From an uncultured Rikenellaceae bacterium (GTDB taxonomy: Bacteria; Bacteroidota; Bacteroidia; Bacteroidales; VadinHA17): a DNA stretch of 64,000 nucleotides. The first letter of the stretch is position 1. Every line of letters starts with the position of its first letter. The translations under genes and the position numbers were made by a program. The DNA lies in contig CAZXSW010000001.1 of assembly GCA_964642615.1 (NCBI GenBank), forward strand, positions 42,945-106,944, in the 5' to 3' direction. The notes below the pieces were generated by a model. That model worked only from the letters and a program-made list of their open reading frames with translations. It was not told where the DNA came from and did no database searches. This document shows positions 38,289 to 48,870 of this stretch, piece by piece.

Positions 38289-38999
38289 TCAGGGAGCCTG
38301 TTTTCCTGAAGGAAGTCTTCTGAAGGGGACAAACCTCACAAATGAGATACGGCTTTGAACTATAACACCATTTGTTTTTTCGACAAGGATGAGTTCCTGA
38401 ACGGCTGCCGGCGGACCTACCGGAATAACCATCCTTCCGTTATCTGAAAGCTGGTCGATAAGGGGACGCGGGATTTCGCGCGGTGCTGCTGTAACAACGA
38501 TTATATCAAAGGGAGCATATTGGGACCATCCCTGGTATCCGTCGCCGTATTTTGAAATTATATTTGTGTAGCCAGTTTCCCTGAATAGTGCTGCCGACTG
38601 TTTAGCCAGTTCAGGCACTATCTCAATAGTATAAACCGTATCTCCTATTTCAGCAAGTATAGCTGCCTGATAACCCGATCCTGTACCTATCTCAAGAATT
38701 CTCTTCCCTTTCCCTGCTTTTACAGCTTCGGTCATCAGGGCAACAATATAGGGCTGGGAGATAGTCTGGCCATAGCCTATGGGAAGCGGACTGTCTTCAT
38801 AAGCATCTGACATGTATTCAGCGGGTACGAACAGATGCCTGGGAACCTTCCTCATTGCCGCGATTACAGCCTTGTCACTTATGCCGCGGGCAAGGATCTG
38901 CTCTTTCACCATCTTCTCCCTGGCTTTATCATGCGAGGTCGTCTGGTAATCAGAAAAGCCTTCCATTACTGACAATAAAAACAGAATTATTAAAGCCAC
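38289..38999 (-). CDS. pcm: protein-L-isoaspartate O-methyltransferase
   Basis: Motifs GQTISQPYIVALM and the SAM motif VLEIGTGSGYQAA. There is an N-terminal hydrophobic extension, so the start is uncertain. Confidence 0.85.
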   Translation of the reverse strand: MALIILFLLSVMEGFSDYQTTSHDKAREKMVKEQILARGISDKAVIAAMRKVPRHLFVPAEYMSDAYEDSPLPIGYGQTISQPYIVALMTEAVKAGKGKRILEIGTGSGYQAAILAEIGDTVYTIEIVPELAKQSAALFRETGYTNIISKYGDGYQGWSQYAPFDIIVVTAAPREIPRPLIDQLSDNGRMVIPVGPPAAVQELILVEKTNGVIVQSRISFVRFVPFRRLPSGKQAP

Positions 39000-39100
39000 T
39001 GCCTGTTATGCTGATTATAACTGTCAATATACCCCGGATTTTTTAAAAAGTCAACCTTTTTTTATATGAAGTTACAGAAAAGATTTCTGATGTGATAAAA

Positions 39101-39745
39101 CTACCTGTAGCCTACAAAAGAAAGGAAGCCGTCGCCAATAAAACTGACCAGAGGCCAAATGGGAAGAAGGTTTACACTGGTAAGCATTGTTATCAGTATC
39201 ATTCCCAGGAATATCCATGAGCCGTACCTGTAAAGTCCGTTATAAAGGGCAGGTTTATTTTTGAAATAGTGAAGAAGCAGATGAGATCCGTCAAGGGGAG
39301 GGAGTGGAATAAGATTAAAGATGAACAGGCCCCAGTTGATATAGATACCGTACAGGAGCGCCTCGCCAAGGAACTGGCCTCCGGTGCCGCTGAATGTGGT
39401 GACAAAATTTCTGAGAAGAGAGAAGATCACTGAAAGGATCATGGCCAGAAGGGCATTTGACAGTGGACCTGCAACAGCTATCTTCATCACGTCCTTTTCA
39501 GGATTCTTAAGATTACCTTCGTTAAACTGTACCGGCTTGGCCCATCCAAAGCCTGCCACAAGAAGCATGATGAATCCAAGCAGATCAATATGTTTAAGAG
39601 GATTAAGTGAAACACGCCCCTGGTCTCTGGATGTTGAATCACCACATTTATGTGCTACAAGTGCATGACTGAACTCATGGACTGTAAGGCCAATGATTAT
39701 TCCCGGAAGAAATTTAAGGATTCTTGCCAATGCCAGCTGTTCCAT
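39101..39745 (-). CDS. site-2 protease (M50)-family membrane metalloprotease
   Basis: HEFSHALVA (HExxH) within a TM segment. The protein is multi-pass, with LIPLPPLDGSHL (the NPDG-like second metal motif). Confidence 0.75.
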   Translation of the reverse strand: MEQLALARILKFLPGIIIGLTVHEFSHALVAHKCGDSTSRDQGRVSLNPLKHIDLLGFIMLLVAGFGWAKPVQFNEGNLKNPEKDVMKIAVAGPLSNALLAMILSVIFSLLRNFVTTFSGTGGQFLGEALLYGIYINWGLFIFNLIPLPPLDGSHLLLHYFKNKPALYNGLYRYGSWIFLGMILITMLTSVNLLPIWPLVSFIGDGFLSFVGYR

Positions 39746-39923
39746 TTTTATATTGCTGCTTTACAGTAATTTAAGTGATTACTTCCTGAGGACAACGGGT
39801 CAGTCCTTAACATTCATGGACTTTCAGGCAGGGCGCAAGGTAGATAAAAAAGAGTGATGATAAGTCTTTTTTTGTAAAGGTTATTTCCAAAAAAACTCTT
39901 AGGTTTACGGAAACAGTGGAAAA

Positions 39924-41111
39924 ATGAAAAGACTAGCCGTTTTAACAGTTTTTTTGGGACTGATGTTCATTCGGAATATATCAGCCCAGGCCCCTTCGGA
40001 TACTGTTGTTTATCTTCTGACATGCGGGCCTGGAACAGCCACTTATTCGATCTACGGACACAGCGCTCTGAGAATTGTCATTAACGGAGGAGAAAGCGAC
40101 CAGGTATGTAACTGGGGTGTGTTTGACTTCAGTACAAAACATTTCGCGTGGAAGTTTGCAAAGGGGAAACTCGACTATATGCTGGGCATTTCTTCCTTCA
40201 ACAGATTCATGGAGGAGTATTCATCTGAAGGGCGCTGGGTCCAGTCGCAAAGGGTCAACCTTTCAGGACCACAGAAAGCTGTTCTTATAGAACTGATTAA
40301 CGAAAACCTTAAGCCTGAAAACAGAAAATACAGGTACGATTTCTTTTATGATAACTGTGCAACACGTATCAGGGACCTTCTTGAAAAGGCAGGTGGTGAG
40401 AAGCTTATTTATCCGCCCCTGCCTGCGGAAAAACGGGTTCCTTCATTCAGGCAGAAGATAGGGGAATACCAGCTCCGGTTTCCATGGCTCGATTTCGGTA
40501 TTGACCTGCTTATCGGGACTCCGGGAGATAAAAAGGCAGGTTTCCGCGACAGGATGTTTCTTCCCCTAGACCTCCGGAATGGTTTGAATGAGTTGCTTCT
40601 TATAAGCGGTAACAAAAGGATACCTCTACTCAGTAATCCTGAAACCATACTCGAAGCCACTGTGCCGCAACCCGATCCATCACCGCTTTCTTCACCGCTG
40701 GTTGTATTTTCACTTGTTCTTATAATTGTAATAATCCTTTCATCAGTCATAAGGGAACGGATACCAAACAACATCATGGACCGGATTATCTTCTTCATCT
40801 ATTCCCTTCTTGCTGTCATTCTGATCTTTACAGGTTTCTTCTCGGAGCATAAGCAGCTGCATATGAACATTAACATCATTTGGCTTAGTCCCTTCGTTAT
40901 CATTTGTTTGTTTTCGCTCTTCATGGAAAAGCCCCCTGTTATCTGGTTCAGGTTAGTCTTCTTCCTCTCTCTTGTCTTCCTCATTATTTCATTCTTTGTA
41001 CCTCGTGCCACCAATAACGCCTTTGTTCCCTTAGTCATACTTCTTATGGTAAGAAGTTCGGTCAGGGCGGGATTCTCGTGGAATCCCCTGTCAATGTCTC
41101 ATTTAACATAA
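39924..41111 (+). CDS. DUF4105 (Lnb N-terminal domain) membrane protein
   Basis: Signal peptide, then the motif YLLTCGPGTATYSIYGHSALRI typical of DUF4105. The C-terminal half has several TM segments. Confidence 0.7.
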   Translation: MKRLAVLTVFLGLMFIRNISAQAPSDTVVYLLTCGPGTATYSIYGHSALRIVINGGESDQVCNWGVFDFSTKHFAWKFAKGKLDYMLGISSFNRFMEEYSSEGRWVQSQRVNLSGPQKAVLIELINENLKPENRKYRYDFFYDNCATRIRDLLEKAGGEKLIYPPLPAEKRVPSFRQKIGEYQLRFPWLDFGIDLLIGTPGDKKAGFRDRMFLPLDLRNGLNELLLISGNKRIPLLSNPETILEATVPQPDPSPLSSPLVVFSLVLIIVIILSSVIRERIPNNIMDRIIFFIYSLLAVILIFTGFFSEHKQLHMNINIIWLSPFVIICLFSLFMEKPPVIWFRLVFFLSLVFLIISFFVPRATNNAFVPLVILLMVRSSVRAGFSWNPLSMSHLT

Positions 41112-41230
41112 CTTTAACACTTATTAAAACCATTTTTGGGATTTAGTAATTTCTTTTGCGTATTGTTTTACCGGGCTGGATCTATTGATGCAGCCGGCCT
41201 TGCATATATAACTTATTTAACTTTCAGGAC

Positions 41231-42226
41231 ATGGAGCAGACTGCAGATATCAGGACCCTTAATGAAAAAATTGAAAAGGAAAGTGCCTTTGTTGATATAA
41301 TAAGGATGGAGATGAACAAGGTGATTGTAGGTCAGAAGCATCTGACAGATTCACTGCTTATCGGACTTCTGGCTAATGGTCATATCCTTCTTGAAGGAGT
41401 GCCCGGCCTGGCCAAGACCCTTGCCATAAAATCTCTTGCCTCGGTTATTGATGCCAGGTTCAGCAGGATTCAGTTCACTCCCGACCTTTTACCGGCCGAC
41501 CTGATAGGTACTCTTATCTACAGCCAGAAAAAAGAGGAGTTCATAGTAAAGAAAGGGCCGGTATTTGCCAACTTCATTCTTGCAGATGAGATCAACCGTT
41601 CCCCGGCCAAGGTACAGAGCGCCCTTCTTGAGGCTATGCAGGAAAGACAGGTGACTATAGGGGAGTCGACCTATAAACTTGACGAACCATTTCTTGTGCT
41701 TGCCACCCAGAACCCTATCGAACAGGAGGGAACCTATCCTTTGCCTGAAGCCCAGATAGACAGGTTTATGATGAAGGTAGTTATAGGTTATCCTTCCTTC
41801 GAAGAAGAAAAACTCATAGTAAGGGAAAACCTCGCAAGGGAATTCCCTACAGTCAGTATGGTTATCAGGACCGACGATATAATAAGGGCCAGGAATGTGG
41901 TAAGGGAAGTCTATATGGATGAGAAAATTGAGAACTATATTCTCAGCATAGTGTTTGCCACCCGGAATCCTGCAGGATCGGGACTTTCTGCCTTCGACGG
42001 GATGATTTCATACGGGGCCTCCCCAAGGGCATCAATAAACCTTGCCCTTGCCGCCAAGGCCTTTGCCTTTATCCGCAGACGGGGTTATGTGATCCCCGAA
42101 GATGTGAGATCGGTTTGTGCCGACGTACTGAGGCACAGGATAGGACTTACCTACGAGGCTGAAGCCGAAAATGTGACCCAGGATAAGATTATTACTGAAA
42201 TCCTGAATATTGTTGAAGTTCCATAG
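41231..42226 (+). CDS. MoxR-family AAA+ ATPase (first gene of the Bat-type operon)
   Basis: Walker A LEGVPGLAKT, Walker B ILADEINR, and the MoxR signature FLVLATQNPIEQEGTYPLPEAQIDRF. Confidence 0.9.
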   Translation: MEQTADIRTLNEKIEKESAFVDIIRMEMNKVIVGQKHLTDSLLIGLLANGHILLEGVPGLAKTLAIKSLASVIDARFSRIQFTPDLLPADLIGTLIYSQKKEEFIVKKGPVFANFILADEINRSPAKVQSALLEAMQERQVTIGESTYKLDEPFLVLATQNPIEQEGTYPLPEAQIDRFMMKVVIGYPSFEEEKLIVRENLAREFPTVSMVIRTDDIIRARNVVREVYMDEKIENYILSIVFATRNPAGSGLSAFDGMISYGASPRASINLALAAKAFAFIRRRGYVIPEDVRSVCADVLRHRIGLTYEAEAENVTQDKIITEILNIVEVP

Positions 42227-42364
42227 CAATGAAAAATTCAAAATGTTAATGTTCTTTATATAAGTGATTTAAGTAATTATAAGTATAATATTACTTTAGG
42301 TGTGTGACGGAAAGCCGGATACTTCAGGTCCGGGGTTGTTAATTAAGGTAGAAAACTTATTTAA

Positions 42365-43228
42365 GTGGAAGCTGCTGAGTTATTAAAAAGGGTCAGAAGA
42401 ATAGAGATAAAGACAAAGGGACTGACAAGGCATATCTTCGCCGGAGAATACCACAGTGCCTTTAAGGGGAGGGGTATAGCTTTCAGCGAGGTAAGGGAGT
42501 ATCAGTACGGCGACGACATAAGAAGCATTGACTGGAATGTGACAGCCAGGTTCAACCATCCCTATATAAAAGTCTTTGAAGAGGAAAGGGAACTGACAGT
42601 CATGTTGCTGATTGATGTAAGCGGGTCAGGCGAATTTGGCACCGTTGGAAGCTTTAAAAGGGAATTGATGACCGAGGTTGCCGCACTTCTTTCATTTTCT
42701 GCTATATACAATAACGACAAAATAGGTGTTGTCTTTTTCTCCGACAGGGTTGAAAAGTTTATTTCACCCCAGAAAGGAAGAAAGCATATCCTCAGGATAA
42801 TAAGGGAGCTTCTCAGCTTTACTCCCTCGAGCAGAAAGACTAACCTGAATGAGCCCCTGCGCTTCCTTACCAATGCCATCCGTAAAAGATGTACGGCCTT
42901 CCTTATGTCCGATTTCATTGCACCGGGCTTTGAAGAATCCCTTAAAATAGCTTCAGGGAAACACGACATTGTTGCCCTTAAATTTACCGACCGGCACGAG
43001 AAATCGATCCCTGATATAGGACTTGTAAGAATTGCTGATCCCGAAACAGGGGAGGAAAGATGGATTGATACATCTTCATCAGTCATAAGACGAAGATACG
43101 AAGACTCGTGGATACTTCACAGGTCAGAAATTGCAGGTGTCTTCAGAAGATCGGGCATTGACAATGCAGAACTTGTTACAGGAGAGGATTATGTAAAACC
43201 CCTTCTAAGGTTGTTTGAAAAGAGGTGA
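42365..43228 (+). CDS. DUF58 domain protein (MoxR partner); GTG start assumed
   Basis: REYQYGDDIRSIDWNVTAR is the hallmark DUF58 motif, followed by a VWA-like fold. Confidence 0.8.
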   Translation: MEAAELLKRVRRIEIKTKGLTRHIFAGEYHSAFKGRGIAFSEVREYQYGDDIRSIDWNVTARFNHPYIKVFEEERELTVMLLIDVSGSGEFGTVGSFKRELMTEVAALLSFSAIYNNDKIGVVFFSDRVEKFISPQKGRKHILRIIRELLSFTPSSRKTNLNEPLRFLTNAIRKRCTAFLMSDFIAPGFEESLKIASGKHDIVALKFTDRHEKSIPDIGLVRIADPETGEERWIDTSSSVIRRRYEDSWILHRSEIAGVFRRSGIDNAELVTGEDYVKPLLRLFEKR

Positions 43229-44220
43229 CGAAGTCAAAACTACATATCGCAGCAACAGTTTTAATATCAGTCCTGTTCACCAGTATGACTGCCCAGGAGA
43301 TATCTGTTACAGCCGCCTTTGACACTACTTATATATTTATAGGCGATCAGACCGGATTCACATTTACAGTCGACCAGCCCGGAGACATAACCCTCAATCT
43401 TCCTGAATTCAGGGACACTCTTATAAAAAACATTGAAGTACTTGCCGGCCCAGTTACCGATACAACCATCAGAGATGACGGAAACATAAGAATCACAGAG
43501 AGATACCTTATTACATCCTTTGATTCAGGGTCCTACGTTATTGATCCTGTATTTGCAGAGCTTTCGGGGGAAGATGGCTTAAGGAGGTTCTATTCTGACT
43601 ATTCCTACCTTAGGGTCATGAGAGTAAACCTCACTCCGCCTGATACAACCACCGGCATATTTGATATAGTGGCACCCTACAAGGCCCCCGTCACTGCGGC
43701 AGAAGTGCTGCCATGGGTACTCATTGCGGCAGTAGCAGCCGTGATACTCTGGTTTATATTCAAAATCGTAAAGAGACTCAGGAAAAAAGAGACTGCTCAG
43801 GCTGAGCCTGTAATAAAAGATCCTCCTCATATTATTGCTTTCAGGGAACTTGAAAAGCTGCGTTATGGGCAGCTCTGGCAGAAGGGGGAGATAAAGCCTT
43901 ATTACTCAAGGCTTACTGAGATTCTGAGACAGTATATAGAAGACCGGTATGGGGTATTTTCGCTGGAGCTTACTACTGATGAGACACTGCGTGCCCTGCT
44001 CAGAACCGGTTTTAAGAAGGATGCAGTTTATGATCTTCTCAGATCGGTTCTTACAGATGCCGACCTGGTTAAGTTTGCCAAACATAAGCCTTCGCCGGCC
44101 GAGCACGATATATGTTTTAATAATGCCTGGCAGTTTGTTTCAGATACTGTAGAAAAGGCTGTGAATGAGGCAGCTTCCGGTAAGATGGAGGATGAAAAAA
44201 GGATGGAGGCTACAAGATGA
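43225..44220 (+). CDS. Bat-operon membrane protein (hypothetical, DUF4381-like position)
   Basis: Signal peptide plus one central TM (VLPWVLIAAVAAVILWFIF). It has 4-bp overlaps with both neighbours. Function unknown. Confidence 0.6.
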   Translation: MTKSKLHIAATVLISVLFTSMTAQEISVTAAFDTTYIFIGDQTGFTFTVDQPGDITLNLPEFRDTLIKNIEVLAGPVTDTTIRDDGNIRITERYLITSFDSGSYVIDPVFAELSGEDGLRRFYSDYSYLRVMRVNLTPPDTTTGIFDIVAPYKAPVTAAEVLPWVLIAAVAAVILWFIFKIVKRLRKKETAQAEPVIKDPPHIIAFRELEKLRYGQLWQKGEIKPYYSRLTEILRQYIEDRYGVFSLELTTDETLRALLRTGFKKDAVYDLLRSVLTDADLVKFAKHKPSPAEHDICFNNAWQFVSDTVEKAVNEAASGKMEDEKRMEATR

Positions 44221-45209
44221 ACGGGATTACTTTTGAACAACCGGCTTATCTGTACCTGCTGATTCTGGTACCAGCAATGGTAGCCTGGTATATAATTAAG
44301 CAGCACAAAACAAATGCAGCTCTGACTATTCCGGGCACTGATCGTTTCGGTGAAAAAGCAGTCACTTTCAGAAACTATCTGCGTCATATCCTCTTTAGCT
44401 TCAGGGCCCTGGCCTTAACCCTTCTTGTTTTTGTGTCTGCAAGGCCCCAGTCGACTGATACATTTCAGAATGTTTCAACTGAAGGAATCGACATCATGCT
44501 TGCTCTCGACATATCGGGAAGCATGCTGGCACGCGATTTTAAACCCGACAGGCTTGAAGCCTCAAAAACTGTCGCCACAGAATTCATCTCGGGAAGGCCC
44601 TTCGACCGAATCGGACTTGTTGTTTTCAGCGGCGAAAGCTTTACCCAGTGTCCGCTGACAACCGACCATGCAGTGCTAATCAACCTTCTGAGAGAAATAA
44701 AAAGCGGTATGATCGAAGATGGCACAGCCATAGGCATGGGGCTGGCAACAGCCGTTAACAGGATCAAGGACTCCGAAGCCGTGAGCAAGGTGATTATCCT
44801 TCTTACAGACGGGGTAAACAACCGGGGCAACATTGCCCCTGCAACTGCAGCCGGGATAGCCGGAACTTTTGGAATAAGGGTTTATACTATTGGTGTGGGA
44901 ACTATGGGAGTGGCACCCTATCCGGTTCAGACTCCCTACGGAATTCAGTACCAGAATATGGAGGTTGAGATCGATGAAGCCATCCTTAAAGAGATTGCAG
45001 AGGAAACCGGAGGGAGGTATTTCAGGGCTACTGATAATGACAAACTTGTGGAAGTGTATTCGGAGATAGATAAACTTGAAAAGTCAAAAATTGACGTCAG
45101 GGATTTTGCAAGGAAAGAAGAGAAATATCTCATACCAGCCATTGCAGCCTTTGTTCTGCTGGCTCTCGAGATGATTCTGAGATATACTGTGTTACGAAAC
45201 CTGACTTAA
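44217..45209 (+). CDS. batA: VWA-domain aerotolerance protein BatA
   Basis: Two N-terminal TMs. The VWA MIDAS motif is in LALDISGSM with ILLTDGVNN. There is a C-terminal TM. Confidence 0.85.
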   Translation: MNGITFEQPAYLYLLILVPAMVAWYIIKQHKTNAALTIPGTDRFGEKAVTFRNYLRHILFSFRALALTLLVFVSARPQSTDTFQNVSTEGIDIMLALDISGSMLARDFKPDRLEASKTVATEFISGRPFDRIGLVVFSGESFTQCPLTTDHAVLINLLREIKSGMIEDGTAIGMGLATAVNRIKDSEAVSKVIILLTDGVNNRGNIAPATAAGIAGTFGIRVYTIGVGTMGVAPYPVQTPYGIQYQNMEVEIDEAILKEIAEETGGRYFRATDNDKLVEVYSEIDKLEKSKIDVRDFARKEEKYLIPAIAAFVLLALEMILRYTVLRNLT

Positions 45210-45219
45210 GAGATCAGAT

Positions 45220-46260
45220 ATGCAGCTGTTCAGATTCGCCAATCCGGAATTCCTTTACCTGCTATTACTTATACCAGTGATAGCAGCCTTGTTTATCATA
45301 AATAACATAAGAAGGAAGAAGGCTCTCAGGAAATTCGGGGATAGCGCACTTGTTAAAAGACTTGTTCCATGGGTGTCAGGCAGCCGGCCTGTGGTTAAGG
45401 TCATTCTCCAGCTTCTGGCACTTGCAGCCCTCATCATCGCCCTTGCCCGGCCCCAGTACGGATCCAGACTGCAGGAAATAAAGAAACAGGGAGTTGAAGT
45501 TGTAATAGCCCTCGATGTAAGCAATTCAATGTTGTCTGAAGACATCCGGCCCGACAGGCTTACAAGGGCAAAGCAGGCCATTGAAAGACTGGTCGACAGA
45601 CTCGAGGATGACAAAATAGGACTTATTGTTTTTGCAGGAGATGCTTACACCCAGATCCCTGTCACCACTGACTATGTTTCAGCCAAAATGTTCCTCTCTA
45701 CCATAGGGCCTGAGATGGTCCCCAGGCAGGGAACAGCAATAGGAGCAGCAATAAACCTGGGGATTGGTTCTTTTACTCCCGGCGAGGGAAGAAGCAGGGC
45801 ACTTATAATAATCACCGACGGTGAAAACCATGAAGACGACCCGGTTTCTGCAGCCGGAAGTGCTGCCGGATCCGGAATAGTAATCCATACAATAGGTATA
45901 GGATCCTCTGAAGGGGTACCGGTTCCGGTCATGAACAACGGGAAAAGGGACTACCTTAAGGACAATGAGGGCAATACGGTTATAAGCCGTCTCGACGAGA
46001 AAGTGCTTCAGAACATTGCTGCAGCAACCGGAGGCAGCTATGTCAGGGCAAGTAATACAAGCATTGGTCTCGAGGAGATCTTCGCAGGCATCAAAAGGAT
46101 GGATAAGGACGAGCTTGAAAGTACCATGTATACTGAGTACAATGATCAGTTCAGGATTTTTATCGTGCTTTCACTAGTCCTTCTTATTGCCGACTTCATG
46201 GTTATGGACAGGAAGAACAGGAAACTTGCTGATATAAGATTGTTCAGGTTTAAAATTTAA
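45220..46260 (+). CDS. batB: VWA-domain aerotolerance protein BatB
   Basis: N-terminal TMs, MIDAS motif ALDVSNSM, IIITDGENH, and a C-terminal TM. Confidence 0.85.
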   Translation: MQLFRFANPEFLYLLLLIPVIAALFIINNIRRKKALRKFGDSALVKRLVPWVSGSRPVVKVILQLLALAALIIALARPQYGSRLQEIKKQGVEVVIALDVSNSMLSEDIRPDRLTRAKQAIERLVDRLEDDKIGLIVFAGDAYTQIPVTTDYVSAKMFLSTIGPEMVPRQGTAIGAAINLGIGSFTPGEGRSRALIIITDGENHEDDPVSAAGSAAGSGIVIHTIGIGSSEGVPVPVMNNGKRDYLKDNEGNTVISRLDEKVLQNIAAATGGSYVRASNTSIGLEEIFAGIKRMDKDELESTMYTEYNDQFRIFIVLSLVLLIADFMVMDRKNRKLADIRLFRFKI

Positions 46261-46268
46261 GTCACACA

Positions 46269-47024
46269 ATGACCAGAAATGAAATAACATCGGGGATGCA
46301 CGGTTATAACATGAAGAGATTTTTTACATCTGCCGTGATACTCTTTGTCCTCTACGGTTCATTATCAGCCCAGGCCGACAGGAAATTCATAAGGCAGGGC
46401 AACAGAAATTACGGGAAAGGCAAGTATTCCGAATCGGAGATTCTGTACAGAAGAGCAGCTGATAAGAACAAGACCTCTGCTGACGCTGTTTTCAACACGG
46501 GTGATGCCCTATACAAACAAAAGAAATATGGTGAAGCAGGAGAGAAGTTTACTGAGAATATTTCACTTAATGAAGATGCCGTAAAGAAATCTTCAGCCTG
46601 GTACAACCTTGGTAATTCTTTGCTTCTCGAAAATAAGATAGAGGAGAGTATTGGAGCTTATAAAAATGCCCTTCGGCTTAACCCGGGATCCATGGAGGCA
46701 AAACATAATCTGGCCCATGCCCAGGATCTTCTCAGAGAACAACAGGAACAGCAGGATAAGCAGGACGGACAGCAGAACAATGAAGGAGATAACAAGGATC
46801 AGCAACAACAGCAACAACAACAGGATAATCAGGATAATCAGGAGGATAATGAACAGGATAAGAAGGAGGGGGAACAACAGCAACAACCCCGGCCACAGGA
46901 GATCTCTCCCGAGGATGCCCGCCGTCTGCTCGATGCCATAGCAAATGATGAAAAGAAAGTTCAGGAAAAGGTACAACAGGAGAAGGCAGCCCGCGAAAGA
47001 GTGAGGACCGAAAAGAACTGGTAA
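46269..47024 (+). CDS. batC: TPR protein BatC with a Gln/Asp/Asn-rich low-complexity tail (start possibly the ATG at 46312)
   Basis: Signal-like MKRFFTSAVILFVLYGSLSAQ. TPR repeats are present (YNLGNSLLLENKIEESIGAYKNALRLNP). The tail reads QQEQQDKQDGQQNNEGDNKDQQQQQQQQDNQDNQEDNEQDKKEGEQQQQ. Confidence 0.7.
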   Translation: MTRNEITSGMHGYNMKRFFTSAVILFVLYGSLSAQADRKFIRQGNRNYGKGKYSESEILYRRAADKNKTSADAVFNTGDALYKQKKYGEAGEKFTENISLNEDAVKKSSAWYNLGNSLLLENKIEESIGAYKNALRLNPGSMEAKHNLAHAQDLLREQQEQQDKQDGQQNNEGDNKDQQQQQQQQDNQDNQEDNEQDKKEGEQQQQPRPQEISPEDARRLLDAIANDEKKVQEKVQQEKAARERVRTEKNW

Positions 47025-47034
47025 CTAAAATGAG

Positions 47035-48870
47035 ATGACAATTAGCAGATTTATATTGTTGATTCTTTGCTTACTGATGCCCTTTACTGCATCAGGTCAG
47101 GATATTGTTGTAAAGGCAGAATATCCCGAAGTAGTAAGGACAGGCCAGCAGTTTACAATTACATGGATTATAAATTCGGGAGGCGGCGATTTCTCTCCTC
47201 CCTCATTCGGGGAGTTCTACAAACTGGTTGGTCCCCAGACCTCATACAGCTCAAGCACACAGATAATTAACGGGAAGGTCACCAGGGAAACTTCATACAC
47301 CTATACCTATTACCTTCAGGCAATGAAGGAGGGGCGCTTTACTCTGGGACCAGCAAGCTTCACAATAAAAAACAGAACATACAGGTCCGATTCGATAAGG
47401 ATAGAAGTGTTGCCCGGAAGCCAGGTCCCCGCAGGTTCATCAAACCAGGCTGCACGGTCTGAAGAAAGTACAGTAAGCGAGGATATCTCCGGAGAAGATG
47501 TGTTCGTAAACGTTCTTGTCAACCGGAATGAAGTATACCAGGGAGAACCTTTTACAGCCACGGTTAAGCTTTATACAAAAGTTGAGATTTCGGGAATCAA
47601 TGAGATAAAATACCCTTCTTTCAGGGACTTCCTCAGGGTTGACCTTGACACGCCTCCGCTTACTTCACTGCAAAGGGAGAGTATTGATGGTGAGATTTTC
47701 GGAACAGGAGTGCTTCAGCAGTTCCTGCTTTATCCCCAGGTGTCGGGCGACATTGTTATAGATCCCGTTCAGATAACTACCCTGATCCGCCAGAGAAGTG
47801 GCCAGGCCGATCCTTTCTTCGGTGATTTCTTTGCCACATATACAAACGTTCCAAGGGCAGTAGCAAGCAAGCCGGTGAGAATCAAGGTAAAACCCCTCCC
47901 TGGCGACAGGCCTGCTGATTTCTCGGGTGTGGTCGGAAATCTGGCCATCTCCGCCTCCCTCGAAGGGGATACTGTCACTGTAAATGATGCCCTTAACTTT
48001 AAAATAACTATTTCAGGATCAGGCAACCTTAAACTTGCAGGAACCCCGGTTCCTTCCCTTCCCCCCGATATAGAGGTGTATGATCCGAAAATTACAGATG
48101 ATCTCAGAAGCGGAGCAAGCGGTACGTCCGGACAAAGAACCTTTGAATACCTGCTTATACCAAGGCATCACGGAGACTTTACAATACCTCCCGTTACCTA
48201 TTCATTTTTTAATGTTTCTTCAGGACGGTATGAGAAAATAGCAACCCCGGAACTGGATTTTCATGTTCTCAGGGGAAATGACACTCAGGGAGGTATTGCA
48301 GTATTCGGGGGAATCACAAAGGAAGATGTAAGATATCTCGGACAGGATATCCGCTTTATACGTACAGGAGATGGCAGACTGAAGAAAAGCCGGGGTCTTA
48401 TTGTATCTGTAACTTCATTCTTCTTCTACTATGCTGCTGCCCTTCTTGTCTTCCTTATTGTTCTGCTGGTAAGGAAAGAGCACATAAGGAGAAATGCTGA
48501 CCTCTCACTGGTAAGGAACAGAAAAGCAGCAGGGATAGCTGCCAAAAGACTGAGGGAGGCCTCTCAGTGCCTTAAAAACAAACAGGCCGACCGTTTCCAT
48601 GAGGAGATTCTGAAGGCCCTGTGGGGTTACCTGAGCGATAAACTGGGCATACCATTATCGGCACTTGGCAGGGAGACAGCCATGAATACACTCAGGGAGA
48701 GAGGTGTAAATGAAGAGATGCTGGGCAATCTGGTCAGGCTTCTTGATACCTGCGAATTTGCCAGGTTTGCTCCTTCATCGTCAGACGAGGCAGCAACAGG
48801 CGTTTACGAAGATGCCGCTTCCTTTATCAGTTATGTCGAAAACCTAAAAGTGAAAAAATGGAAAAACTGA
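47035..48870 (+). CDS. batD: BatD (oxygen-tolerance) protein
   Basis: 611 aa with a signal peptide, repeated Ig-like beta domains, one C-terminal-proximal TM (FFFYYAAALLVFLIVLLV) and a cytoplasmic tail. Its position after batC supports the call. Confidence 0.8.
   Translation: MTISRFILLILCLLMPFTASGQDIVVKAEYPEVVRTGQQFTITWIINSGGGDFSPPSFGEFYKLVGPQTSYSSSTQIINGKVTRETSYTYTYYLQAMKEGRFTLGPASFTIKNRTYRSDSIRIEVLPGSQVPAGSSNQAARSEESTVSEDISGEDVFVNVLVNRNEVYQGEPFTATVKLYTKVEISGINEIKYPSFRDFLRVDLDTPPLTSLQRESIDGEIFGTGVLQQFLLYPQVSGDIVIDPVQITTLIRQRSGQADPFFGDFFATYTNVPRAVASKPVRIKVKPLPGDRPADFSGVVGNLAISASLEGDTVTVNDALNFKITISGSGNLKLAGTPVPSLPPDIEVYDPKITDDLRSGASGTSGQRTFEYLLIPRHHGDFTIPPVTYSFFNVSSGRYEKIATPELDFHVLRGNDTQGGIAVFGGITKEDVRYLGQDIRFIRTGDGRLKKSRGLIVSVTSFFFYYAAALLVFLIVLLVRKEHIRRNADLSLVRNRKAAGIAAKRLREASQCLKNKQADRFHEEILKALWGYLSDKLGIPLSALGRETAMNTLRERGVNEEMLGNLVRLLDTCEFARFAPSSSDEAATGVYEDAASFISYVENLKVKKWKN

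Noticed and set aside
46593-46976. A 127-aa minus-strand ORF rich in poly-Leu/Ile (LLLLLLLLILV...).
   Set aside because: It is the antisense translation of the CAA/CAG-rich BatC tail, an artefact of the repeat composition.
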